A stretch of DNA of 64,000 nucleotides from the NCBI GenBank assembly GCA_965140415.1, contig OZ223209.1:288001-352000 (forward strand). Direction: 5' to 3'. The translations under genes were made by a program, and so were the position numbers. The stretch comes from Myxococcota bacterium. Lineage in GTDB: Bacteria > Myxococcota_A > SURF-8. Below the pieces are notes generated by a model. It searched no databases. It saw nothing but the letters and a program-made list of their open reading frames with translations, and had not been told where the DNA came from. Positions 10,338 to 20,099 of this stretch are shown here, in pieces (the stretch's first letter is position 1; every line of letters begins with the position of its first letter).

Positions 10338-11996
10338 TCAGTGATGATTTGACCGTTTCAGGCTTTCCAGATAGGCTCTGATTTCTTCATCCGGTCGATC
10401 CGCTTCACCGGGCTCTTGCAGCAGATCTTCCAGCACCGAGACGGCCTGATTCGTTTCACCCTGCGCCGCCAGGGCCTGGGCAAGGTGGAAACGGAACATG
10501 CCATGAGGCTGAATCTCATAAGCCTTCCGGAACAGGATCTGGGCCGCCGCAGGATTTCCCTGCTTGAGTTGAATCCGACCGCAGACACTATTCGCGTTCG
10601 CCAGAAATTCACGATCGGTTTTCGTCCATGCGCGTTCCGATCGCAATGCGCTATCGATTCTGGGTAACATTTTTACGCACTGCTTCTCGGCGGCCTCGAT
10701 CAACCGGTGTTCCGACAACCACGTGGCCAATGTGACATCGACGCGCAAAGTGGCCCTATCGCTCATCGAGTCGGCAGCAAAGAGCGTGCCGTCGCCCTGC
10801 CAGTCCAGCGATCGCAGATGAACTTTTGCGCCCCAGATGAGTGAAAGCAGGATCACAGCGGCAAAAGCGAGCCTGGCGATCCGCCGATTAGCTTGTACCT
10901 GTTGCAAACCCCAAGCCAGCAACAGCATGACGCCGACCAGCGGGAGATGAAGAAAACGGGGAGCGAAAATGCAATAGGCCAGTATGACCATGTTGGAAGC
11001 CAGGCTCAAGGTGGCCGGATACCAGAGCATCATCCACAGATGGCCCGGTTTCTTTTTCCAGACCTTCCATGTAGCAAGTGCGTATGCAAGCAACAACAGC
11101 AGCGCAGCGCCTCCCTGCCAGGCAGGGGGGATTCCGGTTACCGGATAGGTGAAGTCCGCTCGAGCACCGGCGAACCCGCTGAGATGCATCAGATAATTCA
11201 ATTGAAGTCCGAGAGCGGCCCACCAGGCTTCAAGTCTCGGAAGTTCATGCAGTTGATTGTCCACCAGAGGCACCTGGCTGCCTTCGAAAGCACCGAAGAG
11301 CAGCCTCTGATAAAGCAGGTAGGCCAAGGCGACTGCAATCAGTGACAGCGTGCAGGCTGCTTGAGAGGCAATGCGCCCGCCCTTTCGTTGGTCGGGAAAC
11401 CAGATGAGGGCAAGGGCCGGAACGATCAACGTGATTCCGTTTTCCTTGGCCAGGATGGCGCAGAGATACAATAGGGCAGCCGCCAGTGCCACACGCTTGC
11501 TTGCTTGCGGAAATTTCAACAAGACAATAACAAGCAGCAGAGCGAAAATCGTACATAGAATTTCCGCTCGTCCGACGACGGGATTCACGTTTTCCGCCAG
11601 TACGGGATGCAATAGAAAAAGCAGGCTACAGGCAAAGGCCGGGATTCGATCGAAAAAGCGCCGCGCCAGCAGGAAAAGCAAAAAGGCCGAAAGAGCGTGC
11701 AGCAGAATATTGTTCAGTCTGAAGACGAAGGGATTGAAATCGAAAATCTGCTTCTCGAGCATGAAACTGGCCGTGGTCAGCGGCCTGAAAGTCCGGGCAT
11801 AGGTGAACCAGTTGCTACTCAGCAGGTCCGACCATTGAAGCTCCGCAACCGTTGGGTTGTTAAGCAGCGCTTCATGGTCATCGAATACGAAATTCCCGGA
11901 TAAGGATGGAAAATAAGCCGCCATGGCACAAACGAGCAGGACAAACAGAATGAAAATGTTTGTACGAGCAACTTGATCACCGGAATAACTGTCCAA
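10338..11996 (-). CDS. TMTC-like (GT-C) membrane glycosyltransferase with C-terminal TPR
   Basis: Motifs FVFDD, FRPLT, NILLH, HPV..E.V..VVGRAE, AKENG, APRFLHLP and a TPR tail. Start reassigned to TTG 11996 behind a G-rich RBS because the longer ORF runs through a repeat element. Confidence 0.8.
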   Translation of the reverse strand: MDSYSGDQVARTNIFILFVLLVCAMAAYFPSLSGNFVFDDHEALLNNPTVAELQWSDLLSSNWFTYARTFRPLTTASFMLEKQIFDFNPFVFRLNNILLHALSAFLLFLLARRFFDRIPAFACSLLFLLHPVLAENVNPVVGRAEILCTIFALLLVIVLLKFPQASKRVALAAALLYLCAILAKENGITLIVPALALIWFPDQRKGGRIASQAACTLSLIAVALAYLLYQRLLFGAFEGSQVPLVDNQLHELPRLEAWWAALGLQLNYLMHLSGFAGARADFTYPVTGIPPAWQGGAALLLLLAYALATWKVWKKKPGHLWMMLWYPATLSLASNMVILAYCIFAPRFLHLPLVGVMLLLAWGLQQVQANRRIARLAFAAVILLSLIWGAKVHLRSLDWQGDGTLFAADSMSDRATLRVDVTLATWLSEHRLIEAAEKQCVKMLPRIDSALRSERAWTKTDREFLANANSVCGRIQLKQGNPAAAQILFRKAYEIQPHGMFRFHLAQALAAQGETNQAVSVLEDLLQEPGEADRPDEEIRAYLESLKRSNHH

Positions 11997-12148
11997 TACA
12001 AAGTCCCCTTCCCTCGGGTTGCTTGTTTCTCGCTGGCCGCTTTTCGATGAGTTATTATAACGTAGAAGCGCAGATGGAATCCAAGTATTATTCACACGCT
12101 TCACCGGCTGGGCAGCATCACAAGAAGTTGCAAACCTGTATGATTTCT

Positions 12149-12238
12149 GGGTGGCGCGGGCTAAGCCGCAGACTTGCCCGTGGTCATCAAGAGCCACATG
12201 GGCATGCTCCGTTTCACTTCGCTTGGCCAATGATTCCC
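12149..12238. repeat. REPIN-like inverted REP doublet, family 1, copy A
   Basis: Its reverse complement aligns with 34479-34563 and 60677-60763 (GCCCATGTGGCT...CACGGGCAAG.CTGCGGCTT.GCCCGCGC). Confidence 0.85.
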
Positions 12239-12361
12239 GTTTTCAAAGCCAATCGCAATATCTTGTGATGCACCCTAACCACTTGAAGAAATATGGAAAC
12301 TCTTGACAATCGGGGGCTTGCGGGTAATCGTGTCCTTTCCGTCTTAGGGAAAGGATTCAAG

Positions 12362-13339
12362 ATGTTCCGTTGTCTGTTGTTCTACCGTTTCTTCCTGCTT
12401 TGTCTTTCCATAACACTACTGCTGTTGGGCTGCCACTCGGATGACTCTCCTTCATATGAAGGCGATGATTCCGAATGGGATGAATCTTCCGATGGTGACC
12501 TGGATCTGGAAGCGGAACCGGATATCGAACCGGAAGCAGAGAGCGCACCAACTCCCCGGCGCTGCAATGGGTTTACCGAATTGTGCGAGCGCCGCTATAA
12601 CGAAGTCGCCTACGCCACCAGCCACAATGCAATGAGCAACGAACAAGATGGCTGGGTGGCTGCCAATCAATACCTGCCGATTCCGCGTCAATTGCAAGAT
12701 GGTGTTCGTGGCTTCATGCTGGATGTCTATCTTTATGAAAACGAATTGCACCTTTGCCACGGCGACTGCCTGTTCGGAAAGATTCTGCTGCGTGATGCGC
12801 TGCAACTGTTCAAGGATTTCATGGACGAGAACCCGAACGAGATCTGTACCTTGATACTGGAAAGCTATGCAGACAGCGACGCTATCTTTGCCATGTTTGA
12901 GCAAGTTGGGTTGTCCTCCATGCTGTTTCGGAAATCGGAGGAAAATGACTGGCCGAGTTTAAATGAGATGATCGATGCGGAAACCCGCTTGGTCGTTTTT
13001 ACAGACGATCAGACGTCAACGGTGCCGGACTTTCATTATGTCTGGGATTATTGCTGGGACACACCATGGCAGGTGATGGAGCAGGAAGATTTCACGTGTC
13101 GAATTCTACGCGGCGACCGGCAAAACGAGTTGTTCATCCTGAATCACATCCTTTACGGCGCTTTCGATTTACCCGATGCGACTAAAGCCGAACAAGCCAA
13201 TAGCAATCCGTTTTTCCTCTCACGCGCACAGCAGTGCCAGCAAGAAAGCGGCCAGCTACCCAACTTCATCACGGTCGATTTTTATTCGCTCGGTAATCTG
13301 TTCGATGTCGTTGACGCATTGAATGGCGTGCAACACTAA
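12362..13339 (+). CDS. Lipoprotein, PI-PLC X-domain-like phosphodiesterase
   Basis: Lipobox LLGC. Motifs ATSHNA, QLQDGVRGFMLD, LCHG and PNFITVDFY. Confidence 0.8.
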   Translation: MFRCLLFYRFFLLCLSITLLLLGCHSDDSPSYEGDDSEWDESSDGDLDLEAEPDIEPEAESAPTPRRCNGFTELCERRYNEVAYATSHNAMSNEQDGWVAANQYLPIPRQLQDGVRGFMLDVYLYENELHLCHGDCLFGKILLRDALQLFKDFMDENPNEICTLILESYADSDAIFAMFEQVGLSSMLFRKSEENDWPSLNEMIDAETRLVVFTDDQTSTVPDFHYVWDYCWDTPWQVMEQEDFTCRILRGDRQNELFILNHILYGAFDLPDATKAEQANSNPFFLSRAQQCQQESGQLPNFITVDFYSLGNLFDVVDALNGVQH

Positions 13340-13367
13340 GGGACGTTTGTATTCGTCAATCGATCCT

Positions 13368-14912
13368 TCAGCGTCCGGATAAAAACTCATTGACGCGGTT
13401 GCAGGCGTCCAGACCCATGCTCTTAATGGCGGCGGGCGATTCGGGATCGGCAGCCAATACCGCTTCCAGATCGACCAGCGGATAGTCGGTTCCCAGCCAT
13501 TCGTTGATTGCCTCCAGGTAGAGATTGGCGACTACGGCATAGCCGGTATTGGTAAAGTGGGTGCCGTCCAGTCCGACCAGACCACCGAACTTTTGTACGC
13601 CAAGCTGCTCCGTGCCGACCGTCAATCCGTTTTCGGCAATTTCTTCCGCCCAGCCAAAAAGGTCGACAACATGAATATTATCATAGGGTTCCACTAGTTC
13701 CAGCAAGGCAGCGTTGGCCTGTGCACCCAGTTCGTCCACAGAGGCGATATCGGCGCTGATTTCGGCGGGCGTCATGCCCGCTTCCAGCGAACGCGCCCCC
13801 TGATCGATGGCGCTTGGCAGTACGCTCGGGCGCGGCAGCGTTCCCAGAAACACATCCGCTCCACTATCGGCCAGCACCTGCAACACATCCGCCAGATTCG
13901 TGCGCAGTTCATCGATGGGTGTGGACAGCGAGAAGTCGATCTGATTGCCGCCACCCAACCCCCAGATGACATCGTTGCCAAAGAGATCGGTCGTCAATAT
14001 CAGGCTGGGCGACTGATCCAGCACGTGATCGAGTTGCGCACCCTGCACGGGATCCAGAATTTCCGCATGGGGATCGAATACCATGTGGCTTAGCAGTACA
14101 CCGCCGGTATTGCCTTGATCGGGACCGTGCAGCATTTCACCGACAATGGTGTTGCCTACCGCCAGATTCGCCGGTTCCAGTTCGGGGCTAAGCAGCCCGT
14201 TATGGAAGGAAAAATCTCCAGTGTCGGGATCGGTGAATTTCGGCAGGACGCTGCTCAACGCTCCGACAATATGATCCGCCGTGGCGGGCACGCGGCACTC
14301 GGGCGCAGGACCGATCTGCTCAGAACTGATACGCGGAAAGAGGCCGGGTTTCAATAATGGCAGCGGCATATAGGCTCCAAGCTGACGCGCCACCTGCGCT
14401 GCCGGACTCATCAAGGAACCCTGGTAACTGGGAACGCCGCACTGCACACCCTGCGTCAGGCTGGCACCAAAGGCCACCACGCGCGCAAGTTCCGGCTCGG
14501 TTGGCGTATCATAGGTAAAGCAGGTACCTAGCGGAACAGTATCTCCTCCTCTGGAAAGTTCAATCTCGACTGCGCCTCCCTGCGGGTGGCCTTGCACCAT
14601 AATCGTCAGATCGCCGGATTCGGTGACTTCAAGATCGATCGCCGGAATGCCACCGACCGTTAACGCGTCGATATCCTGTGCTTCGATATCCGTCTGGGAA
14701 AGTTGTAATGTGATCGGCACGTAACCGAACGCACTTGCACTGGAAGGTTCAACCCCACAAAGGCAATCCGTGACAGTCGAATCGCCGTCCAGTTCCAGAT
14801 CGCTGTCGCCATCTGCGCCGGAATCCGTATCGGAGTTACAACCGACAAATAACAGAGTCAGACAGAAAATAAACAACGCCGCAGAGCCGCGCCATCCGTT
14901 AGCGATTCGCAT
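13368..14912 (-). CDS. Lipoprotein, SGNH/GDSL hydrolase with an N-terminal Ig-like (IPT/TIG-like) domain
   Basis: Lipobox FVGC. Motifs VAFGASLTQG, NLAVG, GNDV and DGTHFTNTGY. Confidence 0.75.
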   Translation of the reverse strand: MRIANGWRGSAALFIFCLTLLFVGCNSDTDSGADGDSDLELDGDSTVTDCLCGVEPSSASAFGYVPITLQLSQTDIEAQDIDALTVGGIPAIDLEVTESGDLTIMVQGHPQGGAVEIELSRGGDTVPLGTCFTYDTPTEPELARVVAFGASLTQGVQCGVPSYQGSLMSPAAQVARQLGAYMPLPLLKPGLFPRISSEQIGPAPECRVPATADHIVGALSSVLPKFTDPDTGDFSFHNGLLSPELEPANLAVGNTIVGEMLHGPDQGNTGGVLLSHMVFDPHAEILDPVQGAQLDHVLDQSPSLILTTDLFGNDVIWGLGGGNQIDFSLSTPIDELRTNLADVLQVLADSGADVFLGTLPRPSVLPSAIDQGARSLEAGMTPAEISADIASVDELGAQANAALLELVEPYDNIHVVDLFGWAEEIAENGLTVGTEQLGVQKFGGLVGLDGTHFTNTGYAVVANLYLEAINEWLGTDYPLVDLEAVLAADPESPAAIKSMGLDACNRVNEFLSGR

Positions 14913-15025
14913 TATCCATCTCCCTGATTCGAGTTTTACAAGGCATTACGCTGTTTCATGATGCGCTATCGTAGCACGAACGCGGGAAAAATCCAGCGCA
15001 ACCGGTACAAAAAGCAGGGCAGGTT

Positions 15026-16351
15026 CTATGCCGTGGGTTGTGAATCAAAGGGTCCGGAGTTTGTTTTGGGCCAACTCGTGAGGATGCTCGCTCCGCCCTC
15101 GGGGGCGTCTTCGATCCAGATCTTCCCGCCGTGTCGCTGTACGATACGCGATACGATGGCCAGTCCCAGGCCGACGCCGCCCTGCTGGCGCGAACGGCTG
15201 GCCTCAATGCGCGAGAACGGCTCCAATACGCTCTGACGCAAATCGGCGGGAATGCCGGGGCCGTCGTCCCGAATGGAGACAACAACGTGCTCTCCTTCGT
15301 CTTTTACTTCGATCGTGACATGCTTTTCGGCATAGCGTACTGCGTTGCGCAGCAGGTTTTCAATGGCGCGTTCGAAATGGGTGGGAACCGCCGAAATCGT
15401 GTATGATTCCGATTTATCGGGCAATTGCAACGTGATGTTCTTTCCGGGTGGGCAGTGATTTCCTTCAATCTCAGCCAGGACTTCCAAAGAAAAGCACAGA
15501 TCCATTTCCACCGGTTTCAATACGGCGGCATCCGCTTCCACCCAGTCGATCAGCTCCTGTCCCAGTTCGTCCAGCTCGCATAGCTCATCGTCCAGTTGAT
15601 TCAGCCGTTGCCGTTGCGCATCGTCCATCACGAGATTTCGCAGCAGTTCGATGTGAAAGCGCATGCGCGCCAACGGCGTCCCGATTTCATGTGACACCGC
15701 CTGCAACAATTCCTGGCGTTGCTCGAAAAGATCCTTGAGCCGTTTGGCCATGGTGTTCATGCTCTTGGCTAAAAGGCTCAACTCATCCTTTCCGTACGCT
15801 TCAACGCGCGTGTCCAGATTGCCTCTGCTGATATCCTGCACTCCCTTGGTCAGTGCACGTACTCGTCGCCTGAGTGGAACTCCGATCAGGATTCCGACAA
15901 TGACCATACCAAGAAAGAGAAAAGTCAACCAGACGATGGCAATGTGATAGGGGAACGCCGGTGAACGAAAAGGTCCGATGAGCAGGTAATGAGTTCCGCC
16001 GTGCAGCGGCAGATACGCGCGCCCTTTCTCGGGCGGGAAACCGCTTTCGAAATTGAAATCGTCGGGATCAAGCGGTTTTTGCAACTGGGTGGAGGCCTGT
16101 TCGACGGTCAGAATTTCCAGCGGCATATTGAAATGCGGTTGCATTTCTTCCAATAGCGCGGACCATTGCTCGGGGGGCGTCTGTTCCAGTTGAGCCTGTA
16201 CCCAGTAGCCGCCGTATCCAAGAATCAGATTCATAAATTTTTCTGGGAATTCGTCCTCAAGCTGGCTGACAATGATGACCATGACGATGATGGTCGTGGC
16301 CAGGGCAATCACAAGACCGAGAAAGATTTTTTGAAAGAGGTTGGGAATCAT
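15026..16351 (-). CDS. Sensor histidine kinase (HAMP-HisKA-HATPase), RstB-like
   Basis: H-box VSHEIGTPL, N-box NLLRNA, G1 DDGPG and G2 GVGLGL. Confidence 0.9.
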   Translation of the reverse strand: MIPNLFQKIFLGLVIALATTIIVMVIIVSQLEDEFPEKFMNLILGYGGYWVQAQLEQTPPEQWSALLEEMQPHFNMPLEILTVEQASTQLQKPLDPDDFNFESGFPPEKGRAYLPLHGGTHYLLIGPFRSPAFPYHIAIVWLTFLFLGMVIVGILIGVPLRRRVRALTKGVQDISRGNLDTRVEAYGKDELSLLAKSMNTMAKRLKDLFEQRQELLQAVSHEIGTPLARMRFHIELLRNLVMDDAQRQRLNQLDDELCELDELGQELIDWVEADAAVLKPVEMDLCFSLEVLAEIEGNHCPPGKNITLQLPDKSESYTISAVPTHFERAIENLLRNAVRYAEKHVTIEVKDEGEHVVVSIRDDGPGIPADLRQSVLEPFSRIEASRSRQQGGVGLGLAIVSRIVQRHGGKIWIEDAPEGGASILTSWPKTNSGPFDSQPTA

Positions 16352-17091
16352 CGACGCACCAGCAGATATCCGCTACCGCGAATCGATTTGATGTTTCTGG
16401 GATCGTAGCCGACCGCCTGTAGCTTGCGCCGAATCCGAGAAATATGAATGTCGATGCCGCGATCCAGGCCGTCGTAGGCGGCCCCCATAATATCGTTGTA
16501 AAGTTCGTCCCGGGTCACCACTTCCCCCGCCTGACGAGCCAGCAGCCAGAGAATGTCGAACTCGATACCGGTCAAGTCCACCAGATGTTCATTGATGCGC
16601 AATTCGCGCGATTGCCGGTCGATCACGAAACCGCTGATTTCGATCCGTTTGGGATTTGGCATTTTCTGCGAGCCCTGGTCGTCACATGGGTGCACACGGC
16701 GCAGAAGGCTGCGCAGGCGCGCCAACAATAAACGCGGTTCGACCGGTTTGGTGACGTAATCATCCGCGCCGGATTCCAGCCCGACGACTTGATCGATTTC
16801 GGTTTTATTGGCGGTTAAAATCAGGATGCCGCCCTGGTACTCGCGCCGCACCCGCCGACAGACCTCAAATCCGTCGATACCCGGCAATTTCAGATCCAAT
16901 ACTACCAGATCTGGGTTTTTACTGAAAATATGTTCCACCGCCCTTTCTCCGTGACTCTCCACAGACACGTTGAAATGACTGGCGCTTAGATATTCTTCCA
17001 GTAATGCGGCCAGTTTGGCGTCGTCTTCGACAATTAAAATGCTGCTGGAATTCACGAGTTGGTCCTTGCTGTTAATGGAATCATTCCACAT
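16348..17091 (-). CDS. OmpR-family response regulator, RstA-like
   Basis: REC domain (IVEDD, LDLKLP, GADDYVTKP) plus winged helix (DRGIDIHISRIRRKL, IRGSGY). Start uncertain. Confidence 0.9.
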   Translation of the reverse strand: MWNDSINSKDQLVNSSSILIVEDDAKLAALLEEYLSASHFNVSVESHGERAVEHIFSKNPDLVVLDLKLPGIDGFEVCRRVRREYQGGILILTANKTEIDQVVGLESGADDYVTKPVEPRLLLARLRSLLRRVHPCDDQGSQKMPNPKRIEISGFVIDRQSRELRINEHLVDLTGIEFDILWLLARQAGEVVTRDELYNDIMGAAYDGLDRGIDIHISRIRRKLQAVGYDPRNIKSIRGSGYLLVRR

Positions 17092-17200
17092 AACCCCAAT
17101 TCATTTATCCTAACAAAGGCAACGTGAAAGATCCATGGCAGAAATGCTGAGAAACGTTACGTGGCACAATGATATTCCTAACAAAGACATACAAAATCCC

Positions 17201-17239
17201 TTTACACAATCTTAACATTATCTTAACATTACGCTAACA
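17201..17239. promoter_or_regulatory. Four phased direct repeats, OmpR/PhoP-family operator
   Basis: TTTACA-caatc-TTAACA-ttatc-TTAACA-ttacg-CTAACA, exact 11-bp period, between the divergent response regulator and the phosphoesterase. Confidence 0.75.
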
Positions 17240-17332
17240 AAACGGGTTGGAGCACCCGTGGATGAGGGATGTCCATTCCTGAGTTGTACACCCTTCAAGA
17301 ATAAAATCATGTTGGAAATCAAGAGGTTGCAT

Positions 17333-18634
17333 ATGAAACGTTCACAGGCGCTGTTGGCTTTGGTTGTAATGGTCTGGCTGTCACTGTTCTTGTTTGCCTG
17401 CAATGAGGATGATTCAACGCCGGATGGCGATACGGATTTCACGGAAGATGCGGAAGCGATCGATGGCGATCTGGAAGCGGAACAGGAAGAGATTCAGCCC
17501 AATCCCAATGATGAATTGGCCAAACTGACGATACACCCTTACATTCAGCGCGTGTCGGAACGCGAAATCACCATCGCCTGGGAAACGGATTTAGAAGCCT
17601 CCAGTCGGGTGGAAATCACACCGCCGGAGGGCGACCCCTTCGAAGTACGTGGGGAAACCTTTAAAATCGAAATCCGCGACGATCTCGACCTGGTGCGCAT
17701 GGATGCTCCCGAAGGCTTCCAGCACGTTGTTGTCGTCAAAGAGCTGGAACCATCTACCAATTACGATTACCGCGTGGTCTCTTTGGAGGAAGCTTCCGAA
17801 AGCTACAACGTTCATACCGCGCCTGCACCGGGCGAACCGCTGCGTTTCGTCGCCTACGGTGATAACCGCACCAACCCCGACATTCACGCAGAAGTTGCCG
17901 ACGCCATTGCCGCGCAAACTCCCGATCTGGTGCTGAATACCGGGGATCTCGTCGAGACCGGCTTTGCGCTGGACGAGTGGCTGGAATTCTTCGAGGCGGC
18001 TACATATGCCTCCTCCGCGCCGACACTTCCCGCCGTTGGCAATCATGAAGCGTTTGGTGGCTTCTCCCTGTTCGCCGGGTATTTCTCCAGTTTCTTCGAG
18101 AACATGAACATGGACGTCCCCCTGGCGACGACCTACCGCTACGGTGGTTTGTGGATTCTGGTGCTCAACTCCCAGTTGAACATCGAAGATGGCACCGATC
18201 TGCGCAAATTCGCGGAAGAAAAACTGAAGGAAGCCGATAACGATCCGGGAATTGAGTTTCGTTTCGTGATGCACCATATTCCGCCGTATACCTGGTCCAA
18301 TCACAGTTCCGAGGATTTCGTTTCTCTGGAAGGTCGGGAACAGTTGCACGCACTGTATAAAAAGCACAAGGTCATGGCGGTACTGAACGGTCACAACCAC
18401 TGCTACGAGCATTTCGAACGCGAAGGCATCCATTATCTGGTGCTGGGTGGTGGCGGCGCGCCGTTGTACTCGGCGGATAGCAATGCTATCGAAGAGGAGC
18501 GCCCCTTCCGCGTGATGGGCAAGAAGGCCAACCATTACGCCCTGTTCGAAAGCCGACAAGATGGCTTCCAGGTCAGCATCAAAGAAATTCCCGGTGATCT
18601 GGAAATCGAGAACTTCCTGATTCACAAACCGTAA
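17333..18634 (+). CDS. Lipoprotein metallophosphoesterase (purple acid phosphatase-like, FN3 N-domain)
   Basis: Lipobox LFAC. Motifs YGD, TGDLV, GNHE, HH.P and GHNHCYE. Confidence 0.85.
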   Translation: MKRSQALLALVVMVWLSLFLFACNEDDSTPDGDTDFTEDAEAIDGDLEAEQEEIQPNPNDELAKLTIHPYIQRVSEREITIAWETDLEASSRVEITPPEGDPFEVRGETFKIEIRDDLDLVRMDAPEGFQHVVVVKELEPSTNYDYRVVSLEEASESYNVHTAPAPGEPLRFVAYGDNRTNPDIHAEVADAIAAQTPDLVLNTGDLVETGFALDEWLEFFEAATYASSAPTLPAVGNHEAFGGFSLFAGYFSSFFENMNMDVPLATTYRYGGLWILVLNSQLNIEDGTDLRKFAEEKLKEADNDPGIEFRFVMHHIPPYTWSNHSSEDFVSLEGREQLHALYKKHKVMAVLNGHNHCYEHFEREGIHYLVLGGGGAPLYSADSNAIEEERPFRVMGKKANHYALFESRQDGFQVSIKEIPGDLEIENFLIHKP

Positions 18635-18656
18635 AAGCAGAGGTCTTTTGGGTATT

Positions 18657-18691
18657 GTAGCGGCGCGGGAGGTTTTCCTCTCGCGCCGTTT
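18657..18691 (+). repeat. GTAG-type REP, also placed to act as a terminator
   Basis: GTAG + CGGCGCGGGAG-GTTTTC-CTCTCGCGCCG + TTT. Confidence 0.6.
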
Positions 18692-18854
18692 GTGGTTATG
18701 GGATTAAGTAACCTGAGTAAGATGGGCAACTGTTTTGCCTGGATCATACGGGATTACAATCCCGCTCGTAACGTTTCGGAATCAGGATACAATCCGGATG
18801 CATCGTAGGGTAATTGCGCTTCAGGACAGGCTTTCTCCCCGACATCAATTGGCT

Positions 18855-20099
18855 CTAAAATTCCCGGGAGGATTTGTAGCGTCCGAACAACGCTTTCAAA
18901 TCGATGGTCTTATAGGGACCATCGGTGGCGGGTCGGGATTCCATGGAAAGATACAGCTTTTTCGTGACCGGCTCGAAAATCATGGCCTGCAAGGTCAACC
19001 GATCCAGATGGACTCCGGCCAGTACCGCCTGCATGTCTTCGAGTGTCAATAAACTCGTGCTGGTGGATTTTGCGCTCTGGCGCAGGTGCAGAAAGCGCTC
19101 GTCTTCCTTGCGGTTCTTCCAGCTTTTACTTACGAAATAATTCGTGGCGTACAACGCATCCTGCACCGGATAGCGAAAGCGGGTGAAGTTGGGAGAAACT
19201 TCGCCGATGGTCGCCCGCCCGCGCCGATCCACCATCGTCAGGTTGATCGAACTGGCAGGACCGTTATTGCCCAAGATCTGCAAGGCGGCGTCCAGGGTTT
19301 CCGCTTCTTCCAGTATGCGTCGCACGAGCAACGTCACGGGATAGCCGCCGGGGATCTGATTGCCGGTGTAGGAAATATTCATCGTGACCGCCAGCCCGGC
19401 GGCATTCATACCACTGACGACACCCACCATTCCCGGCCAGCCGATGGCCACGAATGGAACTTTCCCGCTCTTGCGCACGTGCAGCAGCAGGTCATAGCGC
19501 CCAGCCAACCCATATGCAGGAAAATCGAGCGTGCGGCCAAGCAATGGAACGGTTTGTTGAGTTCGCCCGGCACCCACGAAAAAGGTAGAGCAGAGCGCGG
19601 AAGGATCGAGATCCAGAAAGCTGTTGGCCAGCAGTATGTCGTCGTAGGACACCTCGGCGGCGTCCGCCAGGGCGTGCATTTCGGCCAGTACATCGTGTGG
19701 CAATGACGCCTCGAAGGTTTTCGCCGTTTCCCGCGCATGTTGCAGGCGCGCTTCGTCCAATTCGAAATAGCGTGGCAGGTAGGCATTCACCAGAATGCGC
19801 ACCTGCTCGCCCAATAATCGCCCATGCGCTTCTCCCAAAGCACCGGCATCGCCCCAGAAGGTTGCAATAGGCAGACCCTGCAAACGTTCCAACTTGCCGC
19901 CGGGCGCTTCGGCGTTTTCTTCGTAGCCGCGCGGGATGGGATCTAACACCACATACGGCGAATACGGAAGCAGAGTCACGAACTGTGTAAGCAGTACAGC
20001 TATGACCGCGTGCAGAACAAGCAGTGCCAAAACGATACGCCAGCGGCGCAGCAGATAGCGATAAAGTGCTTTCATGAGACTCCGTGGGGTTTCATTCAA
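18855..20099 (-). CDS. C45-family Ntn-hydrolase (acyl-CoA:6-APA acyltransferase-like)
   Basis: Autoprocessing site CSTF, plus GRTLDF, SGMNAAGL and ATNYF. N-terminal TM helix. Confidence 0.8.
   Translation of the reverse strand: MNETPRSLMKALYRYLLRRWRIVLALLVLHAVIAVLLTQFVTLLPYSPYVVLDPIPRGYEENAEAPGGKLERLQGLPIATFWGDAGALGEAHGRLLGEQVRILVNAYLPRYFELDEARLQHARETAKTFEASLPHDVLAEMHALADAAEVSYDDILLANSFLDLDPSALCSTFFVGAGRTQQTVPLLGRTLDFPAYGLAGRYDLLLHVRKSGKVPFVAIGWPGMVGVVSGMNAAGLAVTMNISYTGNQIPGGYPVTLLVRRILEEAETLDAALQILGNNGPASSINLTMVDRRGRATIGEVSPNFTRFRYPVQDALYATNYFVSKSWKNRKEDERFLHLRQSAKSTSTSLLTLEDMQAVLAGVHLDRLTLQAMIFEPVTKKLYLSMESRPATDGPYKTIDLKALFGRYKSSREF

Noticed and set aside
11997-12230. 78-aa N-terminal extension of the TMTC-like ORF
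   Set aside because: It begins inside a family-1 repeat and lacks family-like sequence; an RBS plus TTG at 11996 is more plausible.
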